From Owenia fusiformis (taxonomy: Eukaryota), in NCBI GenBank assembly GCA_903813345.2, contig CAIIXF020000001.1, forward strand, positions 35,650,001-35,714,000: a DNA stretch of 64,000 nucleotides. Reading direction: 5' to 3'. The notes beneath the pieces are model-generated. The model ran no database searches, was not told the origin of the DNA, and was given only the letters and a program-made list of their open reading frames with translations. Each line of letters opens with the position of its first letter. Position 1 is the stretch's first letter. Of this stretch, positions 46,126-60,169 are shown one piece after another. Made by a program: the position numbers and the translations under genes.

Positions 46126-48109
46126 CAGGCCCGTAAGACACTTTTCTCCAAGGGGGGTGCGGTTTTTAATAAAGAGAATATAAAATTGTCATTTTTCCGC
46201 GTAAATCAAATCGCGTCAGAGGGGGGGGGGGCAGTTACTCTCTATATTAAGACAACTCAGCCTATTTTATAGTACTTTTATTGTTTTCATATTGTTTTTA
46301 GTCTAAATATTGTATGAGCAATATGGAGAAACATTGGAATAGGGAGGGTGTGCTAGAGGCCAATAGAATCAATTTAAAGAAATTCTGATTTTATTTTTAT
46401 CATTTTCTTCTTAGAGGAGCGAGTGGGCAGCACAGGACAATTTTACTAATTCAAGATGCTGTCTGGTTAATTCTGAGCATTTTTATCGTGAATCTTAAAT
46501 TAATGCTTTAGTTTTTGGGATGCAGTGTCAGAATTATTGCGGGTATTCAGACCCCACCTTTAACCGATTCAGGATATTAGCTGTAATTTTAGGTTTAACA
46601 CCAGGTAAGGGTGTTTTCACGCTTGAGAGGCTCCCAAGGCTCGCACACGTGTTTAGTATCAAAGCTTAATGCCTGTATTTCGGTTAAATAGAATAACTTA
46701 GTTAGTGCATAAAAAGTGTTTAAGATTAACAAATGCAACTTCCAAACAACTTTTGTGGGGGTGTGAGGAGTTCCCCCCCAGAAAACTTTACACTTTTGAG
46801 ATGCTATTTGGTGCTTTCTGGGCACTTTCAGAGTGTATGAGTCAATAAAAATGTGTTTCAATTTTTTTTTTTGGGGGGGTGTCAAAGAGGATAAAAGGGT
46901 GAGGTGGGGTGGAGATGCCAGAGGGGGAGCAAGAGGTTTTCCCTTAGAAAAATTGACCATTTCAAGGTGCTATATAATGATGTCTGGGCACTTTAAAAGT
47001 GACTCATAGATAATACATGAAATTCATATTTTCTCAATTGTTTTGTGGGTATGTGATGGGTGACCAACTCTCCTAGAAAATTTTACAATTTTAAAATGAT
47101 ATTTGGTGCTTTCTGGGCACTTTTAAAGTGTATGAGTCAATAAAAAAGGGGAAGGTAGGGTTGGGGTTCCAGAGGGGGGAGCAAGTGTTTGTCCCCCATA
47201 TCTGTCCCCAGAAACATTGACCATATTAAGGTGCTATTTGATGAAGTCTGGGCACCTAAAATGTGTCTGAGACAATACATGAAATAAATTCAGAATTTTT
47301 GTCAATTGTTTTGTAGGGGATGTGAGGGGTGGCCTACTTCCTTAAAATTTTTTATAATTTAAGATGCTATTTGGTGCTTTCTGGGCACTTTTAAAGTGTA
47401 TGAATGTTATTCCCCCAGAACCATTCACTATATCAAAGAGCTATTTGATGATGTCTGGGCACTGAAGTGTCTGAGATAATACATAAAATAAATTCAGAAC
47501 TTTTCAATTGTTTTGTGGGGGGTGTGAGGGGTGGCCCGCTCCCCCTAGAAAATTTTAAGATGCTTTCTGGACACTTTCAAAGTGTATGAGTCAATAAAAA
47601 AAGAATGAAAAAATCATAATCTTTTTCCAATTTGTTTTTTTTTGGGGGGGTGTCCAAGTGGGGGGGGGGGGTGCCCGAGGGGGAAGTGGGGTGAGGATGC
47701 CAGAGGGGAAGCAAGTGTTAGTCCCCCAGAAACATTGACTATATCAAGGAGTTATTTGATGATGTCTGGGCACTTTAAAAGTGTCTGAGACAATACAGTA
47801 CATACAATAAATTCAGAACTTTTCAATTGTTTTGTGGGGTGTGGGGGTGGCCCACTCCCCATAGAAAATTTTACAATTTTTAGATGCTATTTGGTGCTTT
47901 CTGGGCACCTTCAAAGTGTATGAGTCAATGGGGAAAAAATTGAAAAAAATTAAACAAAAAAAAAATTCCCAATTTTTTTTTTTTTGGGGGGGGGGTATCA
48001 GAGAGGGGGGGGGGGGGTACTTTCAAAGTGTATGAGTCAATGGGAAAAAAATTGAAAAAAAAAATTCCCCAAACCCATCGCACCCCCCCCCCACCATCTG
48101 ACGGCCATG
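46126..48109. mobile_element. Old hAT-like non-autonomous element with internal ~200-320-bp G-rich tandem repeats
   Basis: Ends CAGGCCCGTAAGA / TCTGACGGCCATG with subterminal GGGGGTGCG / CGCACCCCC. Degenerate 8-bp flanks AGAAAATT / AGAATTTA. GATGCTATTTGGTGCTTTCTGGGCACTTT..AGTGTATGAGTCAAT recurs about 5 times in 46800-47930. Confidence 0.6.
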
Positions 48110-48358
48110 AGAATTTATTAGCAATCGTCAATGGTTTTTTTAGAACACGGTATCCACTTTTAAGTAGTCATATTTAAAGAAAGATGATGCGATGAGTATC
48201 AGAATATGCAGCCTACTTTTGCAAATAGAACATGCAGAAATCAATAAGGTTGGTCGGGTCGATAATTATGAATTATTTCACAGTTCATGCAATTATACAT
48301 AATTTCCATGCCGTGTTTAAAGCCAATTTACTTATTTCTTTGATGTTTAGCACACATA

Positions 48359-49325
48359 CAGGGTAGTCAAAAAACGGCAACCCTAGCTTTTTCTAATATC
48401 TTTGTCATTCTAAGAAATAACTCCCTGATATTTTACACATTTGTGTATCATTCTATTTCCTACCAACCTACTATATTTCATGACCATCGGACTGATAGTC
48501 ACAATATTACTGCATTTTAAACAACATGCCCCAGATGGCCACTTTCGGGCTATCTGAGCTGGTCTGTTATTCAAATGAACTCCATTTCCAACTTGATGCA
48601 CTGGAAACTCTAACAATAATGTATTCTTCGGGAGCCAAGCACTTGATGAAGTAGTGGCGAGGCACCTTCACTGTGCAGACAGATGCACAGTTTAGTGTGT
48701 TCTCATCAGAAGATTGAGTCCTTTACCTTTGATGATATCAACGGATATGCAATAACTGTCAACATCAAACTCTATTTTGTGATCCCCATGGAGTTCTTGA
48801 GGACTTTAAGTGAACCCAGAGGGGTTGATAGGCAGCAACAGTGGTTCCAACAAGACAGATCCATACCCCATACACCCAATGATGCACAATAATGGCCTTG
48901 GGACCACTTCAATGACCACATTATCAGCAGTACAACAGACAATGAATGGGTACCCCATAGCCCAGATATGGCCCCATTTTATCAGTGGGGCTAAAGATAG
49001 AATGTAGGGTAATAACACCAGAAAGACAGTTGACCTCCAAATAAAGATCACATGTGTCGTTCAGGCCATACTTGCTGAGGAATGCAGTTATGTCATTGAC
49101 AGGTTTGGAAAATGTGTGCAGGTTTGCCTACAGCACGATATAGGAAAATTGGGGCACCTTGTTTAAAGTGCTGTAACATTGCGACTATCAGTCCAATGTT
49201 CATAAAATAATGCGGTCTAGTATGAAATTGAATGATGCACATGTGTGCCAAATATCAGAGCAAAATTTCTAAAAATGACAAAGATATGAGGAAAAATTAG
49301 GGTTGCCGTTTTTTTGACCACCCTA
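48359..49325 (+). mobile_element. Internally deleted Tc1/mariner element (maT/DD37D-like) with transposase remnants
   Basis: TA-flanked, long TIRs starting CAGGGT(A/G)GTCAAAAAACGGCAACCCTA. Broken frames give QQWFQQDRSIPHT and WVPHSPDMAP, degenerate versions of WFQQDGAxPH and WPPRSPDLNP. Confidence 0.8.
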
Positions 49326-49850
49326 TATATTAATGTGCTTAATGATTTCTTTATTTATTATTTCGTTATTTACCTTGGCTGCAAGAGCATTACTCACTGT
49401 GCTGTTTAATTCCATTTAACTGCAATTACAATATTGTATTGTATTTAAAAAAACTGGAGTGATACTAATAATACTCATCTAATTGTTTTATATTTTGTTG
49501 AATTAGAAGCCTGACCACTATAAATAAATAAATAAACTAAACCAAACCAAACCAAACTAAATAACAAAGTAACAAATATAATGGGTAGGTTATATGGGTA
49601 ATGAGGCCTCGCAAAAAATTATAGAAAAATTGAAATGCAAACATTTTTTTGCCTTGATACAGTAAAAGTGAAGTCTAATGACATGATGTACAAAGTTGCT
49701 AGCTACTATAATTATTCATTTTCTTTTACTATTTACCACCCTGAGTTTATCACCTGAGACTTATAGAAATACTGTATAATTTCCCTTTGTTGGACAGAAA
49801 ATTGAAGTCCAATAATTATAAACCAGATATAGTATCTGGTTTATAATATA

Positions 49851-49930
49851 TAGCGAGGGGTCGTGAGCTCGATCCCCACTGGGGTAAACTGACTTTTTCA
49901 CATCAGCCCTTAGCACAGGATTTCATTCTG
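49851..49930 (+). mobile_element. Possible tRNA-derived SINE head fragment
   Basis: GGGGTCGTGAGCTCGATCCCCACTGGGG resembles a tRNA T-arm/B-box. No A-box or full cloverleaf. Confidence 0.3.
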
Positions 49931-50746
49931 TGTTTTCATTAACTACGATATTCTACGATTTTAGATTACTTTGAACATAACATTTTGTACAATGCTGCAT
50001 CTAAGAAGGTAATGTTTTATAAAATGTATATGGAATTTATTCTTTATCAAATAGTTTGGTTTAATTTGTACCATTGTCTCTTTAATTAGATGAACCCCAC
50101 TACTATTTATTAATTCAATTTATCGGAAAATACAACTGAGGGACAAGAAAGAATAAATACAACGAACCAATATAATCACAGTTATAATAGTTTAAGAGAT
50201 AAAGTTGACAATCGATTAGTAAAAGTAGAACTGTGTCAATTCAATGTATAATCGGTCGATAATGTTAAACTAAAACTAAAAACATGAAAAACAATATATA
50301 TAGTCAATTGGAATAAAGCACTAGAAAAATAGCCCTCTCAATACAGGCAACACTTTTTCATAACACGAAAGGGCGAGGGTAAACCAAGGTGTGTAATTTT
50401 TGAATATTGAAAATCCCCAGTTCGGATTTTCAAGAAATCAAAAGCATTTACCTGAGCTTACGCATACTTTTAAGGAAACATAATAGATGGAGTGCATGAA
50501 AGATATATTTTGATCATTCCCACATATATCGCGACCTCTTTTGATGGCCCAAATAAAATGGGGTGTATGTATTTCCCAAGCATGTCAACTTTTCAAAATG
50601 GTACAAGTTGACAGAAGCACTTTAACGCATTATCAAATTATTTAAACCCTGGTTTCAACGCATCGTGTGCTGAATCATTCCTGTTGTTTTCAAATGCAAC
50701 GTTTAGGAAACAACGCCCGAGTGGTACAGTACAGTATCTGGCGTCT

Positions 50747-51208
50747 GTACAACATCTTATCAATTGAATAACATTCCGTACAACATCTTATCAATTGAAT
50801 AACATTCCGTACAACATCTTATTAATTGAATAACATTCCGTACAACATCTTATCAATTGAATAACATTCCGTACAACATCTTATCAATTGAATAACATTC
50901 CGTACAACATCTTATCAATTGAATAGCATCCCGTACAACATCTTATCAATTGAATAACATTCCGTACAACATCTTATCAATTGAATAACATTCCGTACAA
51001 CATCTTATCAATTGAATAACATTCCGTACAACATCTTATCAATTGAATAACATTCCGTACAACATCTTATCAATTGAATAACATTCCGTACAACATCTTA
51101 TCAATTGAATAGCATCCCGTACAACATCTTATCAATTGAATAACATTCCGTACAACATCTTATCAATTGAATAGCATTCCGTACAACATCTTATCAATTG
51201 AATAGCAT
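50747..51208. repeat. 31-bp minisatellite, ~15 near-identical copies
   Basis: Unit GTACAACATCTTATCAATTGAATAACATTCC, head to tail with no spacers. Confidence 0.97.
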
Positions 51209-52597
51209 TGTTCCTGGAAAACTGATTATTGCAGTAGTTCGATAAGCAACAGTTTGTCAACAATTGAGAAATATATATCAATTGATTTCTACCTTGAACT
51301 AGTTATTTATACTCCTTATCCCCAGGGGATTTATTCTATAGAAAAAATCGGTAGTGTTATAGGATTTGGAAGATACAATTTAATTCCGTGAAGTTCATCG
51401 CAAACTTATTTTAAGTAAATCCTCTTTCCACACTATATCCTAGATATTATGCCAAGTTAAAATTCTAATGCTCTAAACTAAAATCTTAGTTTTACAATCT
51501 AGAAAATATGACGCATGTACAGTGTTTAACATTTTCACAATTGAATTTGTTTCTGATTGCAAAAATAGTTGTTTGCGTTTGCCTTCTCACGTGTTTAATG
51601 ATTTCTTATTGACAACATACCTTTTTAAACTATTCTGTAATTTAATATTTATTTCCATGCACGGAGAGGAAATAACATTTGTTTAATAGTGATATATAGC
51701 TATACATTAATATGATATATAGGGGTTTGTATTGTTTCTCTTATGTTGCCATTGTACTTTAGTAAAGATTTAAAACAATAAAATAAGAACGGAAATCCAA
51801 ACATGTTATTTCTGTATTTGTAACTGCTTGTTTGATTTATTTACCCAAAGACTTGTCTGGTTCCCCAAGGCAACTCAGTATGGTAGCAGTTCTGCCCATT
51901 GGAATGCCCTAGTAAAACGATATATTGACGTACAAGTAACAACTATACACGAAGAACACCTTTGAATTGTGAACTGTGACAATTGAAATCAATATGATTA
52001 AGCTTAATACAGTACGTAAATTACGACGCTGATACCTCACCCAAGGGTAAACTTTCAATACATTTAGAGAAGATTGTCCTCCAGGAAATTATTGTCCTCC
52101 TTTGTATTGACGGCGCCCCAATTGTGCATAAAAGACCGTTGTATGTCAAATTGATGTATCATGTATTACAACTCTGTGGTCTTTAATCATAAAATTACGG
52201 TTTTAGTCTCTCAAATAAATCAATAGTCAATACAGAATGTTGATCTGATGAAAATGTTTTATAAAACATGAAAAATGCTTTGCAAATGTTCTTTGATTTT
52301 CCAAAGTTAAGTTTACAAGTCCAAAAACATTTTGGTACAGACGAACATCGAATATACAAAAAGTGACTGTAACAATTATGAATGTTACCATAGCAAAATG
52401 GAAAAGATAAATTAAAAGACGTGTAGTTAATAATTCATTTACTACCATCGAGTCACATGCAACATCACATGTGGGATGTACAGTAAATTAAACTGCAACA
52501 CAAGTCAAAGCGACACAATGCAGACTTTAGTATACAATACAATTAATATGATTTAGTTTTGTTAGTTGTTTACCTGATAATACATGTAATATGAATA

Positions 52598-53494
52598 CAG
52601 TAGAACCTGCTAAGTAGAATATCTCTGTAAGTGGAACACCTCGCAAGTAGAACGCTTTTTCAAAGTATCGTTTTAAAAACCCATTGACTTAATGTTAATT
52701 GAACCTAAGTGGAACACATCCAAACTTGAACAGTGAACACCCCATATTGAAAAATAACCTGCTAAAGTGGAACAGTCAATTTTCCGTAAATTTCAAAATT
52801 GATACTTATGTAAACAGAATCTCCTACAATGGTATCTGGGTATGAAAACAGGTAATAACGTGGTAACTGGCGAATTTTAACGGATTATTATATAGCAAAT
52901 TGAATTAACCTCCTGTAGAGATCAACATGTGATGCTACCACTAATTAATTTGATAATCATCAAATTAGGATTTTATAAGATTATCATTTATCAAATTGGA
53001 TTAACCTCCTGTAGAGATGGACATGTGATTCTACCACTAATTAATGCCCCGCCTTGCTGTTTGTTTCAAACTTGATAAGTAAGATTAAGAATGACAGTTG
53101 AATTATTAGCAGTAGGAACAAGTTTTTAAAACTTATTGCCAAATCTTTGTGCCTTAGACCTGAGACTGGCAGAATGAGGAGGATTAAGAATGTCAGAAAA
53201 CATTTTTGGCAGAATGAGGAGGATTAAGAATGTCAGAAAACATTTTTTGGCAGAATGAGGAGGATTAAGAATGTCAGATACCCTTTTGAGTAAAACAAAT
53301 GGATAATTAATGGTATATAGCTGCCCTGCAATGAACAGAGAATCATATTTTCAGTAATGTACAGAAAAACCCTATATTTGATCTTGTATGTTCTTTAAAT
53401 CCCCGTGAACCCAAGACCTTCGTAAATGGAACACCTCCTCAGTGTAACGCTTTTTGGCAGAATGGAGGGTGTTCCACGTACACAGGTTCTACTG
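52598..53494. mobile_element. pogo/Tigger-like MITE (897 bp)
   Basis: TA|CAGTAGAACCTG .. CAGGTTCTACTG|TA with subterminal AAGTGGAACAC repeats. Internal ~40-bp repeat x3 (53167-53278). Confidence 0.8.
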
Positions 53495-53624
53495 TACTTA
53501 GATATACAGGGTGATCACTTTATGCAATTTTTATGGAGCTATGTCGCCTCGTCTCATCTGGTTTGGTAATTTCAGATACTACGAGATGATGCTTATCAGA
53601 TAAAAAGCGTAAACCACATGTTTA

Positions 53625-54420
53625 CACTCCCCTCCATAAGTTTGGCAACCTTAGCTCCCCCATTGAACTACGTGTTGATGCCTCTTTACGTTTGATTTTT
53701 TATTTACTTAACCTGCGATGAAAATTCTTATGATATTGATGGAAACGTAACCTTACTTTATTTCCAATACCTCCAAATTTTCTCAATTTTTCCCCTAAAT
53801 TACTATATGTCGAAATTTATGATAAATTTGATGCATTTTTGAAAATCGATATTCCCATGTTAATCAATGGGAAATGGTAGGTTTGCCGCAAGTCATATGA
53901 CAGAATATCCATTCATCAGAGTCCTCGCAAAAATACAAGTTAGGTAGGCAATTGAATTTGCTAACTTTATTAAACAAAAAACTGATACGTTTCTTCAGGT
54001 TCAACAAAGTTATTGGTCTTTTAGTCAAAATTGTCTTTCAAAAAACCTCTCCCATTGAAATAACACAGGAGGCGAAAAATGATTTTCAAAAATGACTTTG
54101 AAGCTCTGTAACTTTAGTATTCATCAAAAAAGTTAGACAATTCAGTTTTCTATATACTGTAAATATATTTTTGCTGAATTCATTACTGAATAGATATCCT
54201 GATTTCTGATTTGCCCCGAATGACGATTTTCAAAAATCCATCAAAATCATCAATTTTCGACCTATTGTAATTGAGGAAAAATTGGGAAAATTTGGAGGTC
54301 TTTGAAATAGAGACAAGTGACGTTTCCATTAATATTATAAGTTATTTCATCGCAGGTTAAGTAAATAAAAATTCAAACATAAAGAGACTTTAACACGTAG
54401 TTCAATGGGTGAGCTAAGGT
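53625..54420. mobile_element. Tc1-like MITE with ~200-bp inverted arms, right tip missing
   Basis: TA|CACTCCCCTCCATAAGTTTGGCAACC start. CCTTAGCTC.CCCATTGAACTACGTGTT..TTATTTACTTAACCTGCGATGAAA is mirrored at ~54230-54420. Confidence 0.65.
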
Positions 54421-54518
54421 GTGGAAATTCAACATAGATGGTCATGGAGCCAAAAAATGAAATAGAATTATTAATATGAAAGTATTTGACTCAAAATGAC
54501 TTAGTTTGTTAATGAAAT

Positions 54519-54630
54519 ACAAGGCATTAACATGACAAAATGTCACCACCTAGTTGCTCAGAATATCATTAGTTCAATTTTAAGTCAGATTTGATTTCAG
54601 AGAACTTGTAGATGATTTTGAAAAAAAATT
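54519..54630 (+). mobile_element. 5' end of the 3114-4688 HINE family with one partial satellite monomer
   Basis: ACAAGGCATTAACATGACAAAATGTCACCACCTAGTTGCTCA is identical to 3114-3155, followed by AAGTCAGATTTGA..GAGAACTTGTAGATGATTTTGAAAA. Confidence 0.8.
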
Positions 54631-55984
54631 GAAAAAAATAAATCGTAAAATGGTACACAGGCAAATTACATCGGACCCCGTACAAGCCCATACGGAGCTC
54701 GTTGTGTCTTTTTAGTTTGTGGACGAAGGATTCTGAGCAGTTTTACCCCCTAGAATAATATTTCAGGGGGGTACTTTATTATCATTCTATAAAATCAGTT
54801 ATGCATTAACTATAGCACTGATTTATACATATTATGTTGCTAGCACTGTAGTCAAGTGTTTCCTAAAGTTATAGGGAGATATGTTGATCGGTTTTGACAA
54901 AAACACAATTTATAGAAATAAATAAGCATATTTTCATTCGTTTTTTAGTCTCGCCAACTTTATTGTTGCAGCTTCAGAGAAATAATTGGCACCAATACTG
55001 CTTTAAGAAGTAAAATTATTTCCAATCTATGTGGGGAATTGTAATATAAAGAATGTAATGATACAGTACTATTTGGAATTTTAAATATGGCTTTGTTGAC
55101 CCCTACCCCTTAGAAATATGAGAAAGTGAAGGTGGCACAATTAGATCAGAAATTCTATAATGAGTACTAATACTTCTCCAAGTAGCATTTTAAAAACGTA
55201 TGTGTGATATATAGAGGTAATTTAATGGGAGGGATGGAATATGAATTTTATTCTGAGGGAAAATATGATATTGGCCAAGGAAAACATCATATTGACTGAG
55301 GGCAATAGCCTGAGAGTGTTAATATGATAGCTCTCGAGGCGAATAAAATAAATAAAATTCATATTCCACCAAGACCATCAATAACCTATTTATTAAATTT
55401 TTTTTTCTTAAACATAAAAATTAAGAGAAATCCCCGGGAATGGCTCTGATATAGGATCTGATATGTGATTTAGGCTGATACAGGATCCAATACGGGATCT
55501 GATAAAGGAATCTAGCTAATATGGGATCTTTTGCATATCAATTCTATTCCCTGTTTATTTCCCAGGGAAAACATGCTATTATGAAATAATGTTACAATTT
55601 TGTAATGATCAACTGTTTTTTTAATTTTCTGTATTCCTTTGTTAGTCTAAAGGGTCATTTCTTCATGTTAAAAATTCTTGTTTTTATATTTTTCTTTTTC
55701 TAAAATTTTATCAAGAATTTCTCTTTATAAGTCAAGGTCTTACGATTCTTATTCACTCCTAAATGCACTGTTTACCACTGAAGGAATCCTACAGTTGATT
55801 AAATTCACATATGACTATAAAATACACCTTTACCCATGAAAGAATTCTCACTCGTGAAGTTCAGATGCATCTCTGAGGATGCGTTGTAGAGCTGTAAGCT
55901 GTTTGTGCTTCCGAGGAAAATTCTTATATGATTTATTCATGAAGGGATTATGTATTTTATTTGTTTACCCCCCTGTCCCACTCC

Positions 55985-56525
55985 GTTCATGAGTATATAC
56001 TCACTTACTCCAAAAGTAGTTCATAAAGAAAACCTTTTAAACCCATGGCAAGATTCTACAGTTGATACATTTCACCCGTTCCTCTGAGGGTTAAGAAACT
56101 GTATATTGTTTGTGGCTTGTGCTCCCAAGGAGAATTTTAATCTACAGTTGTACCGTAACCTCCCCTCACCCCATCCATTAACAAAGGAGGAAAATTCTTA
56201 TATGACTTATCCCTCCCCCAATTCATCGATAGAGGATGGCTGATGGACATCACTCACATATTTAAGTATTTTTAAAACGCACCATTTATTTGTTTGTGCT
56301 TCCAACGAATATTTCCCCCCACGCCGTTCATTATCAAATGTATAGCACCCACTTACTCCAACAGTAGTTCATAAAGCAAACCTTTTAAACCCATGGTAGG
56401 ATTCAACAGTTGATACATTTCACCTGTTTCTCTGAGGGTTAAGAAACTGTATAATGTTTGTGGTTTGTGCTCCCAAGGAGAATTTTAATCTACCTTAACC
56501 TCCCCCTCACCTCATTCATTAACAA
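55985..56525 (+). repeat. Direct duplication of a ~200-bp block, ~345 bp apart
   Basis: CACTTACTCCAA.AGTAGTTCATAAAG.AAACCTTTTAAA.CCCATGG..CAGTTGATACATTTCACC.GTT.CTCTGAGGGTTAAGAAACTGTATA..GTGCTCCCAAGGAGAATTTTAATCTAC occurs twice. Confidence 0.85.
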
Positions 56526-56862
56526 AAAGAGATGTAAAATGTCTCCACCTGCCATTTGTTACAGATGTCGACCATTGACTGCCAACTGCCAACTGCCAAC
56601 CCTCTAACACCATCCACAACTATAACAAAAGGAGATAGACAGCAGTCACTTATTCCAAAAGTATTTCTGATAACATATAAAGGGATTTTACATAGAGTTC
56701 ACATATACATATGTACCTCTGAGGGTGGTGTGTGTAACTGTTTACAGTTTGAGCTTCAAGGGGAAATCGTAATATGACTTATAAAGCTTATATATACAGT
56801 ACTACCTCAGAGGGTCATGTTTGGAACTGTAAACAGTTTTTGATCCCTAGGAAAAAAGGATA

Positions 56863-57539
56863 GGTATCGATATGGTAAACTGAATTCAACAATGTTTTTC
56901 TCTTAAACCAATTATTGAAAACATTCTGAAAAAAACCAGGGTCCTTTATGTAATTTTGACCGATTGGCAACAATTTAATGCAAAAATTATTGATATATAT
57001 TTTATGTAACTGTTTTTGTTAACATTTTTTTTGTTTTTTAGTGCAATTGTTTTTTGTTCATTTCTACCAATTCTTGAGAATGAAATGAGATGTCTTTCCG
57101 AACCTTGTTGGAACAAAATAGCATATACAACATTTTCTTAGACCTCTCAATATTATAGTTATACAAAGGAATTTTTGGTTGATTTTACAATAAGTATGCA
57201 AAAACGTTTACAAAACCCCCCAAAATAGGTAAAAATTAAGTTTAACCTTTAATTTCATTAACAAGATACTTTTTTAATATCAAACAAACCTTCCTTTGTG
57301 CAATTACAATATTGAGAGACCTACGCACGTTGTTTATGTCGTTTTGTTCCAATGAAGTTTGAATAGATGTTTCATTTCATTCCGAACATATGATACCAAG
57401 AACAAAAGAAGTGTCTCATGTGTTATCTAAAAATATAGAGAAAAGTATGTAAATATATTTCAAATTATAATGGTACCATACAAAAGATGACCATTGAATT
57501 GACGATGTGTAGAATTTTCAGAATGTTTTGATGACTGGT
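56863..57539 (-). mobile_element. Second, inverted and end-truncated copy of the 9890-10622 foldback MITE
   Basis: GGTATCGATAT..AACTGAATTCAACAATGTTTTTCTCTTAAACCAATTATTGAAAACATTC is the reverse complement of ~10553-10616. Collinear throughout. Confidence 0.85.
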
Positions 57540-58224
57540 ATTGAAGACTGTTTATAAACGAAGTAGCTAATTATTTTAGACATATTTCCCGACCACAGCC
57601 AGATTGAGCCCGTTTTACGACGTTTTCGTATGACTGGCAAAAACTAGTTTGATGTGATAGGGGGGTTAGGATGCACAAATCAATCACAATTGCGCTTTCA
57701 TTGCGTAACATCATCTCATGGTTACGTAATCGGTTATTTTATATACAATTACACAAGCTCTTTATCGATAGATAGTCTCCCCATGCCAAAAAGGTTTTGT
57801 AAAATATTTTATATTTAAATAATAAATTCTATAAAAGCTTACACGTGTTCTTTGGATATAAACTGATTTTCCTTGATAACTTGATCGTGATTAACTTTTA
57901 CAACGATTATATTTATCTTTAATTATTTTATCTTTAATCTGTATACATGTGGGATTCTCGAAAAAATTTATACGTTCCCACCTCTTTGTCAAGTTCAAGA
58001 ACCATTCCTGAAGACAGCAACGGCCGACAATGACAATTCGCATTTTGTGAAAGATTCAATTAGAATTATATAAATGGATAATACCTTGAAATGTTGAACC
58101 ACAACATGAAAAATCAAACATATGAATCGTATGACTATCTACAACTAAAAAGTCCAACGAAATTAACTAGTTTGCTCAACTTTGGTTGTTATGACAACCT
58201 TTTTTTGTTATATTTAGTTTAGCA

Positions 58225-58935
58225 AAGGTCCATGTGCAGTATGGCAAGTGATTTTAGACAGTTACATCTTTCACCATGAGTACTTTCTGGGCATGAATAT
58301 TGTGGTTTTTTAAAACAATATGTTCTCTTTCAAGTGAAGTTCCCATGGGGATAACAATATCAATCGGACAATTCGAAAAATTATGAATAGGGACACCATG
58401 TCAACTATTTTTCCAAAATGTTGAACCTATTTACTCAAAAGAGGATCTTCATTTTCTGATTTTTATTGCATGAAAAGATTATTCAACAAGGGTCTAGAGC
58501 TTCTTCAAAAGAAGAATGGTATTGAAAGTCTAGTTTAGAAGATATCAATTTTCGATGAGCCAAGTTATGCTGAAAACAATGGATGCACGAGTTTTCCCTA
58601 TGGGAAAATAACATGGGATATGTGGTTTTTAACTTAACACATTTCAATACCCATCCCCTTTTCAGAAATTGTTAATATATGATAGAAGAAACGTTCCATA
58701 TGTTTAAATTGAGAAAAACAAGATCCTCTTTTTAGAAAATAAGCCTGACATTTTAAATAAAAAAGTGCCAAGGTGGGATCCTAAACCATAATTTTTCAGA
58801 TATTTCACAATCATAGGTACTTCACTTGAAAGAAAACATATTGTTATAATAAAAACCACTGTATATACGACCAGAAAGTACTCATGGTGAAAGATATGAC
58901 AGTCTAAATTCACTTGCCATACTGCACATGATCTT
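58225..58935. mobile_element. MITE with ~115-bp TIRs
   Basis: CATGTGCAGTATGGCAAGTGATTTTAGAC..ATCTTTCACCATGAGTACTTTCTGG is mirrored by CCAGAAAGTACTCATGGTGAAAGAT..GTCTAAATTCACTTGCCATACTGCACATG. Confidence 0.75.
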
Positions 58936-59526
58936 TTTTGATATTTTTCAATTGATTATTGGCAATACAGAAATGAATTTCCATTAATGTCCTCCGTTAA
59001 AGTAGTATTTAAATACACGAAACTTTTTCTGAAAAACAATCCAATTATCTTAAGAAATTCCATGATAGCTGATGGTGACCTTTGTTGCCAGGGCGTCCTT
59101 TGATATCACTCCAACGCCAGATAATCATGAAAAGTTATTTAGAGCTTGCGTGAATATACAAACATACAAAAACCAATAACAGGATCAAACAATATTCGGT
59201 AAGATTACAAAGCACGCAACTACTTATTGCATGGAAATATATAATAGCTTTATGAACTCTGGGAATCATTTTGATGTGCAATCAGAGTTTCTTTACACAT
59301 GTTACAACCTATATAGACTTGAAATTGTTCCTGGGAATATTGATTTACCCAAGGTTTTAGTTACAAATAAATACATTTACTACTATTAAGTAACATGCAT
59401 AATCACTTGCAATTGTGGGATGCATGTATGTAAAGCCATTCTGATACTCATCCTATCTGTCTGTTTTCAACTAGAAATTTATACTAGAATGAAGCTAATA
59501 GAAGGCCATGATTTCTCATGATGAGG

Positions 59527-60169
59527 CAAAGTAATATAACGCAGACTTTAGAATACATTAAGATTATATTGATAAACATACCGAAATTAAACATGGGACA
59601 TCGCTCATTTTCACGGTATTGAATGCCATGCCGCATTATTCCTTTAAGAATGATTGTTTTATTCAATAATAAGTTATTTATTTCTTCCAAACAGTTCCCT
59701 ACAGTTGCATTTATGTATGCTAGCTAAGTCTACCAAGGCTTAGCATAGATATACGGTGAATTAAGTTTACCATTTCTTTCCAGTCCTTCGTCAATATTGA
59801 GTAACCTTTGAGGTGTGGCATCACACGTGGGATGTATAACTGGAACACGAAACAAAGTGATATAACGCAGGCTTTAGAATACAATAAGATTATATTGAAT
59901 ATTTTACAAAATTGATGGGTCAAACAAAACATACCGAAATGAAACATGGGACATCGTTCATTATCATTTTCAAGGTATTGAATGCCATGCCGCATCATTC
60001 CTTTAAGAATGATTGTTTAATTCAATAATACATTTTTTATTTCTTGCAAACAGTTCCCTACAGTTGCATTTGTGTATGCTAGCTAGATCTACCAAGGCTT
60101 AGCATAGGATATACGGTGAATTAAGTTTACCAGTCCTTGGTCAATATTGAGTAACCTTTGAGGTGTGGC
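59527..60169 (+). repeat. Tandem duplication of a ~300-350-bp unit
   Basis: CTTTAGAATACA.TAAGATTATATTGA..AAACATACCGAAAT.AAACATGGGACATCG..GTCAATATTGAGTAACCTTTGAGGTGTGGC occurs twice (~59527-59818, ~59852-60169). Confidence 0.9.

Noticed and set aside
49851..49890. tRNA gene
   Set aside because: Only a T-arm/B-box-like segment, with no acceptor stem, D-arm or anticodon arm.
50747..51208. 31-bp repeats of CRISPR-like length with an internal palindrome
   Set aside because: Units are head to tail with no unique spacers, there are no cas genes, and the context is eukaryotic.
59484..59998. Two similar minus-strand ORFs (MRHGIQY..ERCPMF)
   Set aside because: Products of a non-coding tandem duplication. 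The frames diverge after the shared block and no splice or domain evidence was found.
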